This document shows, in pieces, positions 1-10,900 of a stretch of DNA of 24,431 bases (positions are counted from its first letter, which is position 1; the number at the start of each line of letters is the position of its first letter). Origin of the DNA: a virus. The stretch is taken from the IMG/VR virus record IMGVR_UViG_3300045988_084596, positions 121,930-146,360 of that record, one strand, 5' to 3'. The position numbers were made by a program, and so were the translations under genes. The notes under the pieces are model-generated. The model searched no databases. It saw only the letters and a program-made list of their open reading frames with translations, and had not been told where the DNA came from.

Positions 1-138
1 CAATCCAATGCAGTTAAAATTACTGCTATTGTTGATAAATTTTTAGGCAAAGGGAAAAAAGTTGGAGACTGCACTCCCGAACAGTCTGAACAATTGGATC
101 TAATTATTCATGAATTAGAAGACTTAATTAAGACCTAA
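1..138 (+). CDS. 3' end of an upstream gene (partial, 45 codons, product unknown)
   Basis: Open frame from the window edge, ...QSNAVKITAIVDKFLGKGKKVGDCTPEQSEQLDLIIHELEDLIKT, ending in TAA at 136-138. A hairpin terminator follows directly. Confidence 0.4.
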   Translation, partial: QSNAVKITAIVDKFLGKGKKVGDCTPEQSEQLDLIIHELEDLIKT

Positions 139-142
139 ATAA

Positions 143-186
143 AAGGAAGGAGAGTATCAAGGATATTTCTCCTTCCTTGATTTTTT
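143..186 (+). terminator. Rho-independent terminator
   Basis: 11-bp stem aaggaaggaga (143-153) pairs with tctccttcctt (168-178) around a 14-nt loop, followed by TTTTTT (181-186). Confidence 0.6.
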
Positions 187-205
187 ATCTAAAATATGAT
201 ATTAT
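177..205 (+). promoter_or_regulatory. sigma-A-like promoter with extended -10
   Basis: TTGATT (177-182), 17-bp spacer, TG-n-TATTAT (197-205). RBS AAAGGAG then ATG at 241. Confidence 0.4.
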
Positions 206-240
206 ATTTATATAAGGTTATAAAGAAAGGAGCGTAATGT

Positions 241-774
241 ATGGCGAAACACATGGTAAAATGTTTTTACTGTGGAGAAGTATTTGATGCATCAACCACC
301 CCATACGTTAAACCAAACTCAAGACGTTACGCTCATAAAACTTGTGCGCAAACGGCAGAAGAAAATAAAACTCAAGAAGAAAAAGATAAAGAATTATTAG
401 AAAAATATATAAAGGATTTATTTGGAATTAATTGTATCTCCCCAAAAATTAAAAAACAAATAGAAACTTTTAAAAAAGATAAAAATTATTCATATACAGG
501 GATATATAAAACATTAAAATATTTTTTTGAGATAAAAGGAAATTCTATTGAAAAGGCCAATGGTGGAATTGGTATTGTTCCTTTTGTTTATGATGAAGCA
601 TATCTATATTGGAGAGCATTGTGGGAAGCAAGAGAAAGAAATGAGCAGGTAGATATAAAAGAATTTATTTTGCCTGTAAGAGAAGTTCATATAGAGCCTC
701 CTCAGCGACAACCAATGAAACATATACGAAAGCTATTTACTTTCTTAAATGAGGAGGAAACACATGAAGAGTAA
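241..774 (+). CDS. zinc-ribbon protein (CxxC...HxxC); first gene of the replication operon, possibly a replication initiator or helicase loader
   Basis: 177-aa intact ORF with no in-frame TAG, RBS AAAGGAG. N-terminal C-x2-C...H-x3-C motif. Ends TAA and overlaps the helicase start by 11 nt. Confidence 0.6.
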   Translation: MAKHMVKCFYCGEVFDASTTPYVKPNSRRYAHKTCAQTAEENKTQEEKDKELLEKYIKDLFGINCISPKIKKQIETFKKDKNYSYTGIYKTLKYFFEIKGNSIEKANGGIGIVPFVYDEAYLYWRALWEARERNEQVDIKEFILPVREVHIEPPQRQPMKHIRKLFTFLNEEETHEE

Positions 775-2302
775 CTATGTAGATACAGCAGCAATTACTC
801 AAATAATTGGGTGTGTATTTAATAATGCCTCTATTCTCGATGATGCAGATAAATATATAATTCATGAAGATGATTTTCAAGAGGATTTTCACAAAATTAT
901 CTTTGGGAGTATCTATAATATTCATCTAACAGGCAGTCAAGTCAATATTGATGCAATTATAGATTATTTAGCGAATAGACCCAAATTTGATGCTATATTT
1001 AAACAAAATAAAGGTGTAGATTATCTTCTTGAAGCATCACAAAACGCTCGATAGGATACTTTTAATTACTACTATAATAGATTAAAAAAATTTACTCTAT
1101 TAAGGGCATATAATAATTTTGGCCTTGATGTAACCTATCTTTACGATCCAAATAATATTCTTGATACTAAAAAGAGACAAATGCAAGAAGATTGGTTAGA
1201 TAATACAAGTTTAGTTGAAATAGCTCATGCTATTGATGTAAAAATAGATGAAATCAAGAGTAAATATATTGAAGATGATTTAGGATTAGGGTATCAAGCC
1301 GGAGACGGAATCGACGATTTAATCAGTGATTTAGAACAACATCCAGAAGTTGGTATTCCTTTATATGGCCCATTGATTAATACAGTAACAAGAGGCGCAA
1401 GATTGCGAAAATTTTATTTGCGGTCAGCTGCTACAGGAACTGGAAAAACTAGATCAATGATTGCAGATGCTTGTAATTTTGCGTGTAATGAGATCTATCA
1501 TGATCAATTTGGCTGGATTAAAAACGGAACTTCTCAACCAACTTTGTTTATCGCGACAGAGCAAGATAAAGGAGAAGTGCAAACTATGATGTTAGCATTT
1601 CTTTCTGATGTAAATGAAGAACATATCTTGAATGGCCAATATTTTGATGGAGAAAAGGATCGAGTTCTCAAAGCCGCGGAAATTATTAAAAGAAGTCCGA
1701 TTTGGATTGAAGAATTGCCGGATTTTTCTTTGCAAGATGTAGAAAATAAGATAAAAAAGAATATCCGTGAACATGAAGTTAAGTATGTTTTATTCGATTA
1801 TTTACAAACATCTCTCAAGATTCTTGAAGAAATTAGTAAGAAATCTGGCGGAGTTAAATTAAGAGAAGATAATATCTTATTCATGCTTTCCGCAAGATTA
1901 AAAGATTTAGCAAATAAATATGGTATATTCATTATGTCTGCAACTCAATTAAATGCAGATTATTAGAATAGTGAAACACCAGATCAAAATTTGTTGCGTG
2001 GAGCTAAAAGTATTGCAGATAGAATTGATGTTGGCATGATTCTTCTTGGAGTTACAGATGAAGATTTGGTAAAACTTGATCCAATACTTGATAGCAATAA
2101 AAATCTTCTTCGTCCTAATTTAAAATTATCTATTTATAAGAATAGACGAGGATCATATAAAGGAGTTTACCTATGGTGTTCAGCAAATTTAGGTACTTGT
2201 CGTATATTACCACAATTCTGTACTAATTGGAGACATGAAATGATTAGTATTGAAGATATTAGAGTAATTGTAGATGAAGGTCCTGCGGCATGGGAAAAAT
2301 AA
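764..2302 (+). CDS. dnaB: DnaB-family replicative DNA helicase; one gene, with in-frame TAG at 1052 and 1964
   Basis: ORF-track pieces 749-1054, 1181-1966 and 1991-2302 are all in frame 2 and are separated only by TAG. N-terminal DnaB domain; Walker A SAATGTGKT; C-terminal KNRRG motif. RBS GGAGG 7 nt before ATG 764. Ends TAA. Confidence 0.85.
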
Positions 2303-2318
2303 TTTTGGAGGAATTAAT

Positions 2319-2495
2319 ATGAAAAACAATCAATCTTTAGAGTATCGTATGAGTAAAAAAATGTTTAATGCTATGCTTGCCGATAGAAGCGAGACGGAGA
2401 AGAAACAAAATCCTAAAGATTATGTTGCAAAAGTAATTAATGAGCAATTTGGTCTTAAAGGAACTGTAACAAATGTTTCCGTATATGATGCTTAA
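2319..2495 (+). CDS. small hypothetical protein (58 aa)
   Basis: RBS GGAGGAATTAAT then ATG 2319. Ends TAA. Confidence 0.5.
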   Translation: MKNNQSLEYRMSKKMFNAMLADRSETEKKQNPKDYVAKVINEQFGLKGTVTNVSVYDA

Positions 2496-2497
2496 TT

Positions 2498-3601
2498 ATG
2501 TCACGCTATTATGATAAAGATGAACTAAAAGGAAAATTAGAGTTAGAACAAATTTATGATTTAATTGAAGCATGGGGCGGTGAGCCTGAATATGTAGATG
2601 GTGGGCTCATCTCCCAAACTATATGTCATAATCTTCCAGGAGAGGGATCAAGAAAGTTATATTATTACGAAAATACAAAACTTTTTAGATGTTATACTGG
2701 ATGTATAGATCCTACTTTTGATATATTTGATTTATGTATAAAGGTTAAAAAAAAGCAAGAAGGTAAAAAGTGGGAACTATATAATGCTATGGATTATATA
2801 GCTGGATATTTTGGTTTTGATGGAATAGAACTAGAAGATGAAGAACAAGAATTAGAAGATTGGGATATCTTTAAAAGACATAATATTCAGTTACCAAAAC
2901 CTAAACAGCCTATTTGCTTGAAGGAATATAATCCGATTATTCTTACTCGATTTTCTTATCCTAGAATTGCTGGATGGGAAGCAGAAGGAATCTTACCCGA
3001 GGTTAGTAAAAGAAATTTTATTGGGTATTATCCGGGAGGAGGACAAATAACAATTCCTCACTTTGATATTAATAATAGATTAGTAGGAATTAGGGGAAGA
3101 ACATTATCTTCTGAAGATGCAGAAAGATATGGAAAATATAGACCTCTTATGGTGAACAGACAATTATATAATCATCCTTTAAGTATGAATTTATATAATT
3201 TAAACCATAGCAAAGAAAATATAAGAAAAGTAAAAGCTGCAATTATATTTGAATCTGAAAAGAGTTGTCTTATGTATCAGTCTTACTATGGGTACGATAA
3301 TGATATATCTGTAGCTTGTTGTGGAAGTAGTATATCTAGTTATCATATAGATTTACTTAAATCTTTAGGAGTTAATGAAATCATAGTTGCTTTTGATAGA
3401 CAATTTGTCGAAATTAGCGATGATGAATTTAAGAGATTGAAAGCAAAGTTAATTCATATATATAACAAATATAGTAAGAATGTACGCATATCTGCTATCT
3501 TTGACAAACGAATGATTTTGCCATATAAAGCAAGTCCTATAGACAAGGGACCGCAGATTTTTGAAGAGTTACTAAATGAAAGGATAATTCCTTATGAGTA
3601 A
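2498..3601 (+). CDS. dnaG: DnaG-like DNA primase (CHC2 zinc finger plus TOPRIM)
   Basis: CHN...FRCYTGC zinc-binding motif near the N-terminus. TOPRIM-like IIFESEKSC...VAFDRQF acidic motifs. 367-aa intact ORF, ends TAA. Confidence 0.8.
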   Translation: MSRYYDKDELKGKLELEQIYDLIEAWGGEPEYVDGGLISQTICHNLPGEGSRKLYYYENTKLFRCYTGCIDPTFDIFDLCIKVKKKQEGKKWELYNAMDYIAGYFGFDGIELEDEEQELEDWDIFKRHNIQLPKPKQPICLKEYNPIILTRFSYPRIAGWEAEGILPEVSKRNFIGYYPGGGQITIPHFDINNRLVGIRGRTLSSEDAERYGKYRPLMVNRQLYNHPLSMNLYNLNHSKENIRKVKAAIIFESEKSCLMYQSYYGYDNDISVACCGSSISSYHIDLLKSLGVNEIIVAFDRQFVEISDDEFKRLKAKLIHIYNKYSKNVRISAIFDKRMILPYKASPIDKGPQIFEELLNERIIPYE

Positions 3602-3878
3602 AGAGATTTTAAATCTAGTACCTGCTATTAGAGCAATAGAAAAAGAAATAGGAAAATTAGCAGATGATTATAATAAGAGAATACAACCCTATTTTGACAG
3701 TTTAGAGAAACTTAGAGAAATTAATCAAGCATGTGAGTACTGTAACGGAACTGGTCATGTTTTAAGATCTAGATCTTGCGCGGAAGATGATAGGCCAGAT
3801 CCAAACGATCTTAATGACTATATAAAATGTAGAGCTTGCAAAGGAACTGGATTATCACATAATAAGGAGAGTGATTAA
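3594..3878 (+). CDS. small DnaJ-type zinc-finger protein (two CxxCxGxG repeats)
   Basis: CEYCNGTG and CRACKGTG motifs. ATGAGTAA overlap with the primase stop. Ends TAA. Confidence 0.6.
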   Translation: MSKEILNLVPAIRAIEKEIGKLADDYNKRIQPYFDSLEKLREINQACEYCNGTGHVLRSRSCAEDDRPDPNDLNDYIKCRACKGTGLSHNKESD

Positions 3879-3881
3879 AGA

Positions 3882-5633
3882 TTGGAATATTCATTAATTA
3901 ACCCAAGAAATTAGGATTATAGTGCTTTAGAGTAGGTATTAGTTAATAGAGGTATTAAATATGGTGATATATAGCATTATTTAACAGTATCAGAAAAAGA
4001 TAATTTATCTCCCTTACTTCTTAATAATATTGAAAGCGCTGCTAAGCTAATTATTAAGCACATTTTAAAAGATGATTCTTATATCTATGTCTAGGTAGAT
4101 AGCGACTGCGATGGTTACACCTCTTCTGCATTATTGCTAAATTATCTTCATGCGCAGTTTCCCTCTGCAATTAACAAGTTTGTTTATAACTTCCATTCTG
4201 GTAAAATTCATGGAATAAAACCAGAATTAATCCCCGATAATATTTCTCTTGTTATTGCACCGGATTCAAGCTCTAACGACTATCAAGAGCATGAAGAATT
4301 GGCTAATCGCGGAATTGATGTATTAGTTATAGACCATCACTTAGCTGATAAAATATCTGAATACGCCTGTGTTGTTAATAATCAGTTATGCGATTATCCA
4401 ACAAAATCGTTATCTGGTGTAGGAGTAGTTTATAAATTGTGTTAGTATATGGATAGTATTTGCGGAACTGCCTATGCGGACAATTACCTTGATATTGTAG
4501 CCACCGGTCTTGTAGGAGATATGATGGATATTAGAGATTTTGAAACTCATTATCTTATTCAATAGGGGCTACAGAGGTCAAGTCTCCGCAATCCTTTTAT
4601 TAAAGGTATGGCTGATAAAAATGCTTATTAGTTAGGCAGAGGAGATTTATCTCCTATTGGAGTAGCGTTTTATATTGTTCCTCTTGTTAATGCCATTACT
4701 CGTATGGGTACTCAAGATGAAAAGTAGATTTTATTTGAAAGTATGCTTGAATGGAAAGCATATGATCTTATTCCTTCTACTAAACGAGGATGTAAAGGGC
4801 AAGAGGAAACTAGATTAGAGCAAGCATTAAGAGTTTGCACTAATGTTAAGAATCGTTAGACTAGAACTAGAGATGCCGAAGTTGAACAAATAGAAAATAT
4901 TATTCAAGAAAAAAATCTATTATAGCATAAACTTTTAGTAATTAAACTAGAAGATATGTAGGTTGATAGAGGTATTACTGGTTTAATTGCTAATGAATTA
5001 ATGAGTAAGTATAAGCGCCCCGTTATTCTCTTATCAAAGACTGTAAACAATGAACAAGATGCTTGGGAGGGATCAGCTAGAGGATACGAAAAGTCTAAAT
5101 TAAATGATTTTAGACAATTTGTAAGAGATTCAAATTTAGTCTTTTTAGCTGAGGGGCACGCAAATGCTTTTGGCTTTGGCATTTATGAAAAAGATTTTGA
5201 AGATTTTATTATATGGTCAGACAATCAATTAAAAGATATAGAATTTTCACCAAGCTATAAGGTAGATTTTATTTACTCTATGTCAGATATTAATTCTAAA
5301 GATATATTAGAACTAGGTAATTCTAAGTATCTTTGGGGATAGAATATCGACGAACCGTTAATTGCGGTAGAAAATGTTGCAGTAACAAATGACATGATTA
5401 GTCTTATGTCACGAGACAAGAATCCTACTTTGAAGATTCAATTACCAAATGGAGTTACTTGCATCAAGTTTAAATCAAGCGAAGAGGAGCTAGAAGATTT
5501 ATCTAGCGAATTAGGTTGCGTGAGTATAAATTTGATTGGTAAACCAGAAGTAAATAGATACTTCGGTAGTGTGACACCACAAATTATTATTACAGATTAT
5601 GAAATTATAAGTAGATAGAAGTATTACTTTTAA
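3882..5633 (+). CDS. DHH/DHHA1 phosphoesterase, RecJ-like single-strand DNA exonuclease; 13 in-frame TAG codons
   Basis: A single frame-0 reading from the TTG at 3882 (after the in-frame TAA at 3876) to TAA 5631-5633 has no TAA or TGA. TAGs lie at 3912, 3933, 3972, 4092, 4443, 4563, 4629, 4725, 4857, 4923, 4959, 5340 and 5616. Motifs: YIYV(Q)VDSDCDGYTS (DHH motif I), VIDHHL (DHH), GHANAFGFG (DHHA1). Start codon uncertain. Confidence 0.75.
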
Positions 5634-5672
5634 TGATTGCGCAACCTCTTACTAAAGGAGGAAACAATCACA

Positions 5673-6440
5673 ATGAGACGTTTTATGAGTATTATACTAA
5701 GTTTAATCATTTTATTATCTATAATGTGTAGTTGCAATAGTCCATTTATTTCTGTTGCATCAGCATACTCAGTTCAGTATAACAGCAATACAAGTTATAC
5801 CTATAATGATTTAGATACATTGATTGAGCTTATTGCGGAACAAATTTCTAACATGAATGCCGCACATCAAATGGCTGATGCCGCTAGGCAATTAGGTTAT
5901 TCTGAAAACCATGATGTTATTGAGTTAGCCGTAAATGAATATGATAAAGCTAATGAATTAAGACAATCCTATCAAAACGTATATGATAACCTCATGGAAC
6001 ACTGGCATCAAAAGGAAAAAGAGTACCCAGTAGCAACATATATATGGAGCTATTTCAAAGACCTAGGTTATAATAATCAAGTGTGTGCTGGAATACTTGG
6101 TAATATAATGACTGAAGTTGGTGGTAATACCTTGAACATTCAATATGAATTAGGTAATTCTTCATATTATGGGATGTGTCAATGGAATAAGGCGTATTCT
6201 GAGGTTTGGGGAGCCTCATTAGAAGAGCAATGCAATTATTTGGAAAATACTATTGAATATGAATTTAATACATTCGGTCATGCCTATAAGAGAGGGTTTG
6301 ATTATGAAGATTTTCTAAATATGACAAGTATAACTGATGCTGCTTTAGCGTTCGCGAAATGCTATGAAAGATGCAGTTCTGGAAGTTATACAGTACGACA
6401 AAATAATGCGATAATCGCATATAATTATTTTGTAAGTTAA
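5673..6440 (+). CDS. secreted or lipoprotein-like protein with a phage-tail-lysozyme-like (Phage_lysozyme2-type) domain
   Basis: N-terminal hydrophobic signal with Cys (IILLSIMCSC). GILGNIMTEVGG...YGMCQWN motif recalled as typical of phage tail lysozyme domains. RBS AAAGGAGG. No in-frame TAG. Ends TAA. Confidence 0.55.
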   Translation: MRRFMSIILSLIILLSIMCSCNSPFISVASAYSVQYNSNTSYTYNDLDTLIELIAEQISNMNAAHQMADAARQLGYSENHDVIELAVNEYDKANELRQSYQNVYDNLMEHWHQKEKEYPVATYIWSYFKDLGYNNQVCAGILGNIMTEVGGNTLNIQYELGNSSYYGMCQWNKAYSEVWGASLEEQCNYLENTIEYEFNTFGHAYKRGFDYEDFLNMTSITDAALAFAKCYERCSSGSYTVRQNNAIIAYNYFVS

Positions 6441-6449
6441 AATAAAATA

Positions 6450-6487
6450 TCTGCGGACTGGCCGGAACCTAGACGACCGTCCGCAGA
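6450..6487 (+). terminator. GC-rich hairpin, probable terminator or attenuator
   Basis: tctgcggac (6450-6458) pairs with gtccgcaga (6479-6487) in an AT-rich context. The downstream U-tract is interrupted. Confidence 0.45.
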
Positions 6488-6523
6488 AACTAAAATTGGT
6501 TTTACTATTTTTTGAGGTAAAAT

Positions 6524-6784
6524 ATGGAAGAATTAAAACAAACTATAAAATTTTTAGATTCTATTCAAATAGATAAGTATATAATAGGTTATATGGATAT
6601 ACACGATATTATGGATAGAATAGAAGATGATTATGGCGCATTTTTAGAAGATCATCCTATTTTTGAAGGATATGTTTTTAATTGGATGACTTCTGATGAA
6701 TTTGCTGATTATTTAAGGAAAAAGGGTTATAGAGTTCAAGAAAATATTAGTTATGAGGTTTGGAAAAATGGAATTAACTCGTAA
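6524..6784 (+). CDS. hypothetical protein (86 aa)
   Basis: RBS GAGGT then ATG 6524. Acidic small protein. Ends TAA and overlaps the next gene. Confidence 0.55.
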   Translation: MEELKQTIKFLDSIQIDKYIIGYMDIHDIMDRIEDDYGAFLEDHPIFEGYVFNWMTSDEFADYLRKKGYRVQENISYEVWKNGINS

Positions 6785-7949
6785 ACAAGAGGAAGGATTG
6801 CGCATTGCAATAGATAGATATAATCACAACGAGCCCTATACTGTAATAGCGGGTTACGCAGGTACTGGAAAAAGTACCTTGATTAATTTTATTATAGCAG
6901 CTCTTGAGGTAGATCCAGAAGAAGAAGTTGCATATATTACTTTTACAGGGAAAGCCTCAGAGGTATTGCGAGAAAAAGGTTGCCATAATGCTATGACCGC
7001 GCATAAATTGTTATATTATAGTAAGCAAATGCCAAATGGTAAATTTTTCTATAAACCAAGGACTGTTCTTGAAAAGCCTTATAGAGTAATTGTTGTAGAT
7101 GAAGTAAGTATGCTTCCTAAAGATATGTGGGATTTGCTTTTAAGTCATAATATCTATGTAATAGCTTGCGGAGATCCTTTTCAGATTCCTCCAATAGATA
7201 AGAAACAAGATAATCATATTTTGGATAATCCACATATTTTTCTTGATGAAGTAATGCGTCAAGCAAAAGAAAGTGATATTATTTGCCTTAGCATGGATAT
7301 TAGAGAAGGAAAGAGATTATCTCCTTTTAGCGGTCATGATGCTCAAGTTTTTAAGAAAAATGATCTGTGCGATGGAATGTATTTTTGGGCAGACTAGATT
7401 CTTGTATCTACCAATAAAAGTAGACATGATATTAATTCTTATATTAGAGATGATTTAGGCAGAGGATTTGAGCCAGAAATAGACGATAAGATTATTTGTT
7501 TGCGGAACTGTTGGGATACTTGCTCTGAAAAACATGAAAATCCACTCATAAATGGCTCTGTTGGATATATTAAAACTAAAAGAATGGAATCTATTGATTA
7601 TATCCTCGCTGGAAAGTTAGTATCTGCTCCTGTTTTATTTGCAGATATTGAAACAACAAATGATACATATAGAGAAGTTGGTATTGACTATACCGCTTTA
7701 ACTACTGGAGAAAAGTTTTTTACTCCTCAACAAGAATATTTAATTAGGAGAAATAAAGAAAATCCAGATCTCCCTATTGAGTTTAATTTTGGTTATGCAA
7801 TTACTGGACATAGAGCGCAAGGTTCACAATGGGATAAGGTTTTAGTATTAGAAGAATCATTTCCATTTGATAAAATTGAACACGCTAGATGGATATATAC
7901 TACAGTTACAAGGGCCATTGAAAAACTTACATTGATATTAAAGAATTAA
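6768..7949 (+). CDS. SF1B RecD/Dda-like ATP-dependent DNA helicase; one in-frame TAG at 7395
   Basis: ORF pieces 6753-7397 and 7500-7949 are in frame 0 with a stop-free bridge at 7398-7499. Walker A GYAGTGKST; DEVSM Walker B; motif VI-like GHRAQGSQWDKV. Ends TAA. Confidence 0.8.
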
Positions 7950-7992
7950 TATGCTATAATGTAAGTATAAAGAAAATAAGAGAGGTATAATT

Positions 7993-10900
7993 ATGGGTAT
8001 GTACTTTAACAATCATGCGCATACGGAGTTTAGTAACTTGCGTTTGCTAGATTGTATAAATAAACCTGAGGCACTGATTGATAAAGCTATTGAAGTCGGA
8101 TTGACGGGAATTGCTATCACAGACCACGAAAGCCTTTCGGCGCATATGAGAGTAAATAAATATGCAAAGAAAATTAGGGAGCAAAATCCCGATTTTACGA
8201 TTGCATTAGGAAATGAGATTTATTTAACTGATACAAGAGATTTAGGACAAAAGTATTATCACTTTATCCTAATCGCGAAAGATAAAGAAGGATATAGAGG
8301 ACTAAAGGAGTTATCCTCTATTGCTTGGATGAATGGATATTATGACCGTAGAATGGAACGCGTTCCTTTGCTTAAATCTGAGCTTAAAGATGTAATGCAG
8401 AGATTTAAGGGTCATATTATTGGGACTACTGCTTGTATTGGTGGAGAACTTGGTAGTTCCATTTTAAATCTTCATAATTGTGAAGAAATTAAAGATGAAA
8501 TTAACGCACAGAGATACCATAATCAAATTGTTGATTTTATGACATTCTGCATTGATGTATTTGGTAAAGATGATTTTTACATTGAATGTGCTCCCGCTTC
8601 TTATCCAGATCAAATTATCGCAAATAAAAGAATGTTAAGTATCTCTGAGGCTTTTAATATAAATATGTGTATTGGAACAGATGCGCATTACTTAACAAAA
8701 GAAGATAGATATGTTCATAAAGCGTATCTTAATTCTAAAGGTGGAGAACGAGAGGTTGATAGTTTCTATGAGTTTACTCATTTGATGGATGAACAAGAAA
8801 CTAGAGAACTTCTTAGATTGAGCTATGACGAAGGCATAATTGATTGGATTTTTAAATGCTCAAACGAAATGAAAGATAAAATTGAATTTTATTCTCTTGA
8901 ACGTCATCAATCAATTCCAGAAGTAGAAGTAACAGATTATAAAAAAGGGTTTGTACCATATCAGTGGGAAGATAAATATCCTGTTCTATCTAGTTTGATT
9001 TGGAGCGATAATATTCAAGAAAGATATTGGGTAAATGAATGTATTATTGCTTTGCAGAAAAAAGGTTTATTTAATGATCCTAGATATCTTGAAAGATTAG
9101 AAGAAGAAGCAAGAGTAAAGAGAGTGATTGGAGAAAAACTAGGAACTTGTATGTTTGCATACCCAAATACTCTAAAACATTATGTAGATTTGTTCTGGAA
9201 TTGCGGAAGTACCGTAGGTGCAGGGCGAGGATCAGCTTGTGCTGCTTTGAACCATTATCTTCTTGGAATCACTCAACTAGATCCCATTGAATGGGATCTT
9301 CCTTTCTGGCGCTATATTAACGATGAAAGAACTGAACTTGGTGATATTGACCTAGATTTGGCACCATCAAAAATTCAAAAGATTTTCGCGGAGATTAGAA
9401 AAGAACGAGGAGAACTTGGCTTAGTACAAGTTTGTACTTTTGGCACAGAAGGAACTAAATCTGCGATTTTAACAGCTTGTCGAGGCTATCGTTCAGAAGA
9501 TTATCCTGATGGAATTGATGTAGATATGGCTCAATATATGAGTTCTCTTATTCCACAAGAAAGAGGTTTCTTATGGCCTATTGAGGATGTAGTTAATGGT
9601 AATCCGGAAAAAGGCCGTAAACCTGTTACGGTTTTTGTAAATACTGTGAATCAGTATCCTGGATTATTAGATATTATTACTAGAATACAAGGACTAGTAA
9701 ATAAACGTTCAAGTCACGCTTCTGGAGTAATCTTATTTGATCAAAATATTTTTGATACAGCCGCGGTAATGAGAACTCCAAAAGGAGCATTAATTACTCA
9801 ATGGGATCTTCATGATCAAGAAGCCGCTGGATCTGTCAAGTACGATTTCTTGCTTACAGCAGTACAGGATATTATTATTCAAACTATTGAGCTATTGCAA
9901 AAAGATGGCGCTATTGAAAAAGATTTAACATTGCGTGAAGTCTATAATAAATACCTTCATCCATCTGTCCTCCCACAAGACGATAAAAAAATGTGGGATG
10001 CTCTTGCCAATGGAGATGTTCTTGGCTGTTTCCAATTTGATTCTAGTGTTGGCGCTCAAGCAGCAAAAAAGATTAAGCCTCAAAATCCGCACGAAATGGC
10101 GGACGCTAATGGATTGATGAGACTAATGACTGCGGAAAAGGGTGCAGAAACTCCAATGGAGAAGTATGTTCGTTTTAAAAATAATATTTCTCTTTGGTAT
10201 AAAGAAATGGATCAGTAGGGTTTAACAAAAGAAGAACAAAAAATTCTTGAACCTCATTTCTTACGTTCTTATGGTGTGCCTCCCAGCCAAGAACAAATGA
10301 TGACTATGCTTCAAGACCCAAATATTTGCGGATTTACGTTAGCTGAAGCTAATACTGCAAGAAAAATAGTTGGTAAGAAGCAAATGAACAAAATTCCAGA
10401 GTTGAGAGAAAAAGTTTTAAATTCTGCGAAATCTCCAGCATTGGGGCAATATGTATGGAATTATGGCATCGGTCCACAAATGGGCTATAGTTTCTCTATT
10501 ATCCATGCTCTTGCTTATAGCTTTATTGGTATGCAAACTCTTTATCTTGCTACCCATTTTAATCCAGTATATTGGAATACAGCATATCTTATTGTCAATA
10601 GCGGTGCCATTAATGAAGAAGAAGGAGAACAATCAGATTATACCAAGATTGCTAAAGCCATTGGAGAAATTCGTAATGCTGGTATAAAAGTGTCTTTGGT
10701 TGACATTAATCATTCTGATTTTGGTTTTAAACCAGATGTTGAGCATAATCAAATCTTGTTTGGTTTAAAAGGGTTATCTAATGTAAACAATGATTTAATT
10801 AAAACCATTGTTGATAATCGCCCCTATGTATCTTTAATTGATTTCTTTAATAAAGTACATCCAAATAAACAAGCAATGATTTCTTTAATTAAGGGCGGAG

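Noticed and set aside
749-2302. DnaB N-terminal domain, core and C-terminus appear as three separate ORFs.
   Set aside because: Same frame, separated only by TAG at 1052 and 1964. The Walker A and KNRRG motifs fall in consecutive pieces, so it is a single helicase gene.
3879-5633. The RecJ-like region looks like a decayed pseudogene, with about 8 short ORF fragments and gaps in the ORF track.
   Set aside because: All fragments share one frame. The only interruptions in 1.75 kb are 13 TAGs, with no TAA, TGA or frameshift, and the read-through product has intact DHH and DHHA1 motifs. This is recoding, not decay.
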